DNA from: Formosa sp. Hel1_33_131
GTDB taxonomy: Bacteria > Bacteroidota > Bacteroidia > Flavobacteriales > Flavobacteriaceae
Length of the DNA stretch: 32,000 bases
Assembly: GCF_001735745.1 (NCBI RefSeq)
Contig: NZ_CP017260.1
Span: 1,290,001-1,322,000 of the forward strand
Direction of reading: 5' to 3'
The notes under the pieces were generated by a model. It was given only the letters and a program-made list of their open reading frames with translations. It was not told the DNA's origin and did not search any database. The position numbers and the translations under genes were made by a program. Below, piece by piece: positions 30,937 to 32,000 of this stretch (positions within the stretch are counted from its first letter, which is position 1; every line of letters begins with the position of its first letter).

Positions 30937-32000
30937 TTAAGTTAATATAAAGTCTAAATGTTTTTTGACTAAATCCGCTTTTTTGACACGAACCTCAACT
31001 TCATCACCTAACTGGTATTTGGTTTTAGTTCTTTCGCCAATTAAAGCAAACTCTTCAGCATCAAATCTATAAAAATCTCCTTTGATATCTCTGATTCTGA
31101 TCATACCTTCGCATTTATTTTCTATGATTTCGACATACATGCCCCATTCAGTCACACCAGAAATAACGCCTAAAAAAGTGTCTTCTTTGTGGTCTTGCAT
31201 GTATTTAACTTGCATGTATTTTATAGAATCGCGCTCTGCTTTTGTTGCAAGATATTCCATATTAGAAGAATGTTTACATTTTTCTTCATAAACACCTTCA
31301 CTTGTTGATTTGTTGCCGTCCAAATAATATTGTAGCAAACGGTGTGCCATAACATCTGGGTAGCGACGAATAGGTGATGTAAAGTGGCTATAATGGTTAA
31401 AGGCAAGTCCGTAATGTCCTATATTTTTGGTGGTATAAACTGCTTTACTCATACAACGAATGGTGAGTGTATCTACAAGATTTTGTTCTTTGGTCCCTTT
31501 TACATTTTTTAGTAGGGTATTTAAAGAATGTGTGGTGGTTTCTCTACTTTTAAAATTTAATTGATGCCCAAATTGAGAAACAATTCTTTGAAGCCCAGCT
31601 AATTTTTGATCGTCTGGTTCATCATGAACTCTGTAGATAAATGTTTTTTGTGGTGATTGTTTTCCAATAAACTCAGAAACTTTTCTGTTCGCTAATAACA
31701 TAAACTCTTCAATAAGTTTATTTGCATCTTTAGATGTTTTAAAAAATACGCCTACAGGGTTATTAGATTCATCAAGGTTAAATTTAACTTCAGCTTTATC
31801 AAAAGAGATGGCACCATCTTTCATGCGTTTTGAACGCATTATTTTTGCCAATTCATCTAATTTTAAAATAGCGTCTTTGATGGCTTTATCAGCAGTGTAG
31901 GCTTCGTCGGTAATGGATATTTCTGCAGGAATGGCACAGTCTTTAGTTTCTATCATATGCTGTGCTTCTTCATAAGCAAAACGTGCATCGCTATAAGTTA
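30937..32000 (-). CDS. rnr: Ribonuclease R (C-terminal part; gene continues past the right edge)
   Basis: It has RNB-domain motifs (HYGLAFNHYSHFTSPIRRYPDVMAHRLL) and a C-terminal S1 domain (FLGVISGVTEWGMYVEIIENKCEGMIRIRD). The frame stays open upstream of the track's Met at 31956 (..TYSDARFAYEEAQHMIETKD). Confidence 0.93.
   Translation of the reverse strand, partial: TYSDARFAYEEAQHMIETKDCAIPAEISITDEAYTADKAIKDAILKLDELAKIMRSKRMKDGAISFDKAEVKFNLDESNNPVGVFFKTSKDANKLIEEFMLLANRKVSEFIGKQSPQKTFIYRVHDEPDDQKLAGLQRIVSQFGHQLNFKSRETTTHSLNTLLKNVKGTKEQNLVDTLTIRCMSKAVYTTKNIGHYGLAFNHYSHFTSPIRRYPDVMAHRLLQYYLDGNKSTSEGVYEEKCKHSSNMEYLATKAERDSIKYMQVKYMQDHKEDTFLGVISGVTEWGMYVEIIENKCEGMIRIRDIKGDFYRFDAEEFALIGERTKTKYQLGDEVEVRVKKADLVKKHLDFILT

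Noticed and set aside
1-32000. Search for CRISPR arrays, IS elements, rRNA, retron/DGR-like reverse transcriptases, integrases and prophage genes
   Set aside because: None seen. The only tandem repeats are 2 x 10 bp (24431-24450 and 29312-29331). No ORF has transposase, integrase or reverse-transcriptase motifs.

Overview
Low-GC chromosomal segment (about 35-37% by eye) with Bacteroidota/Flavobacteriia hallmarks. These are a complete MoxR-DUF58-BatA-E 'aerotolerance-type' operon, TAnnTTTG -7 promoter boxes upstream of several genes, a lipoprotein with an acidic post-Cys stretch, and a DUF2807 protein. I support 34 protein-coding genes, both edge genes partial, plus one tRNA-Cys(GCA). Most are housekeeping: pheS, gpsA, tdk, alr, asd, glnS, folB, rnr, a SulP transporter, CvpA, LysE, an SPFH protein and an orphan ABC ATPase. 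Accessory, conflict-type content is concentrated at the left end (1-3128) in three modules. (i) A divergent XRE-HTH / SymE-like (AbrB-fold) gene pair, whose 95-bp spacer carries three copies of a TGTCA-N10-TGACA palindrome. (ii) A HigA-type HTH fusion protein followed 4 nt later by a compact AbiEii/DUF1814 nucleotidyltransferase. (iii) A Schlafen-type AlbA_2 protein whose C-terminal half I cannot assign. That left-end cluster is my best candidate for something undescribed. A ParDE pair sits between alr and asd. Other points worth a second look:
- a mosaic third gene in the Bat operon
- a roughly 116-aa C-terminal appendage on GlnRS
- a tandemly duplicated RskA-like surface lipoprotein
- a 107-bp nested palindromic element acting as a bidirectional terminator
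- an enlarged hydrophilic loop inside the SulP membrane core
I found no CRISPR array, rRNA, transposase or integrase. All family assignments come from motif recognition by eye. No database search was run.
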